DNA of 64,000 nucleotides from an uncultured Thermoplasmatales archaeon (GTDB lineage Archaea; Thermoplasmatota; E2; DHVEG-1): NCBI GenBank assembly GCA_964527715.1, contig CAZGOD010000004.1, positions 11,355 to 75,354 of the forward strand, read 5' to 3'. Shown piece by piece: positions 63,788 to 64,000 of this stretch (position 1 is its first letter; each line of letters starts with the position of its first letter). The notes under the pieces were generated by a model. It saw only the letters and a program-made list of their open reading frames with translations, ran no database searches and was not told where the DNA came from. The position numbers and the translations under genes were made by a program.

Positions 63788-64000
63788 ATGACAAAAATTC
63801 TTTACATGGGTACAATAGAAGGAAACTATATAAAAGAATTCGATGCCACTATCACAAAAAACAAAAAAGATTACATATGCCTAGATCAAACAGCATTCTA
63901 TCCACTTGGAGGTGGGCAACCCTCAGACACCGGTGTAATCAAATGGGGTGATAAAACATCAAAAGTGATAGAAGTTATAAAAAAAGGAGACACACTCAAA
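63788..64000 (+). CDS. alaX: Alanyl-tRNA editing protein AlaX (large type with an N-terminal tRNA_SAD-like domain). Only the N-terminal part is in the window; the gene continues past the window end.
   Basis: MTKILYMGTIEGNYIKEFDATITKNKKDYICLDQTAFYPLGGGQPSDTGVIKWG matches the AlaX-L/AlaRS-type N-terminal LDxTxFYPxGGGQxxDxG motif. Confidence 0.65.
   Translation, partial: MTKILYMGTIEGNYIKEFDATITKNKKDYICLDQTAFYPLGGGQPSDTGVIKWGDKTSKVIEVIKKGDTLK

Overview
AT-rich (about 30% GC) archaeal chromosomal window. Archaeal identity rests on topoisomerase VI A/B, aIF5A, ribosomal proteins L40e and L10e, exosome Csl4 with RpoL, the KEOPS subunits Kae1/Bud32/Cgi121, a Hel308 helicase, a UbiA-type prenyltransferase and a PGF-CTERM sorting signal. 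The gene content (fused single-chain pyruvate:ferredoxin oxidoreductase, membrane H+-pyrophosphatase, many secreted or N-glycosylated surface proteins) suggests an uncultivated fermentative archaeon, possibly DPANN-like, but that cannot be decided from sequence alone. The window mixes conserved housekeeping blocks with several accessory islands. Housekeeping: proS, rpl40e, tpiA, transaldolase, hppA, por, speB, top6BA, and a long minus-strand informational cluster csl4-rpoL-truD-ileS-kae1-bud32-ham1. Accessory loci: (i) YcaO, a B12-binding radical SAM, GNAT and a secreted C25-like peptidase at 21-26.4 kb. (ii) tRNA-Arg followed by an ABC-2 exporter and a compositionally GC-rich flavodoxin gene, ending at a tRNA-3'-end-like fragment at 30.2-33.4 kb; this may be an integrated-island remnant. 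(iii) Two tandem paralogous proteins built from an unrecognised 4-Cys repeat, with a zinc-ribbon mini-ORF between them, at 49.5-50.9 kb. (iv) A secreted PAD_porph-family deiminase, two tandem secreted C39-like peptidase paralogs (one with the catalytic His and Asp-Pro replaced), a radical SAM/SPASM enzyme and a small membrane ORF at 58.2-63.6 kb. Two genes below the ORF-track cutoff were found by hand: rpl40e and a 51-aa AbrB-family protein. No CRISPR array, rRNA, transposase or integrase was seen.
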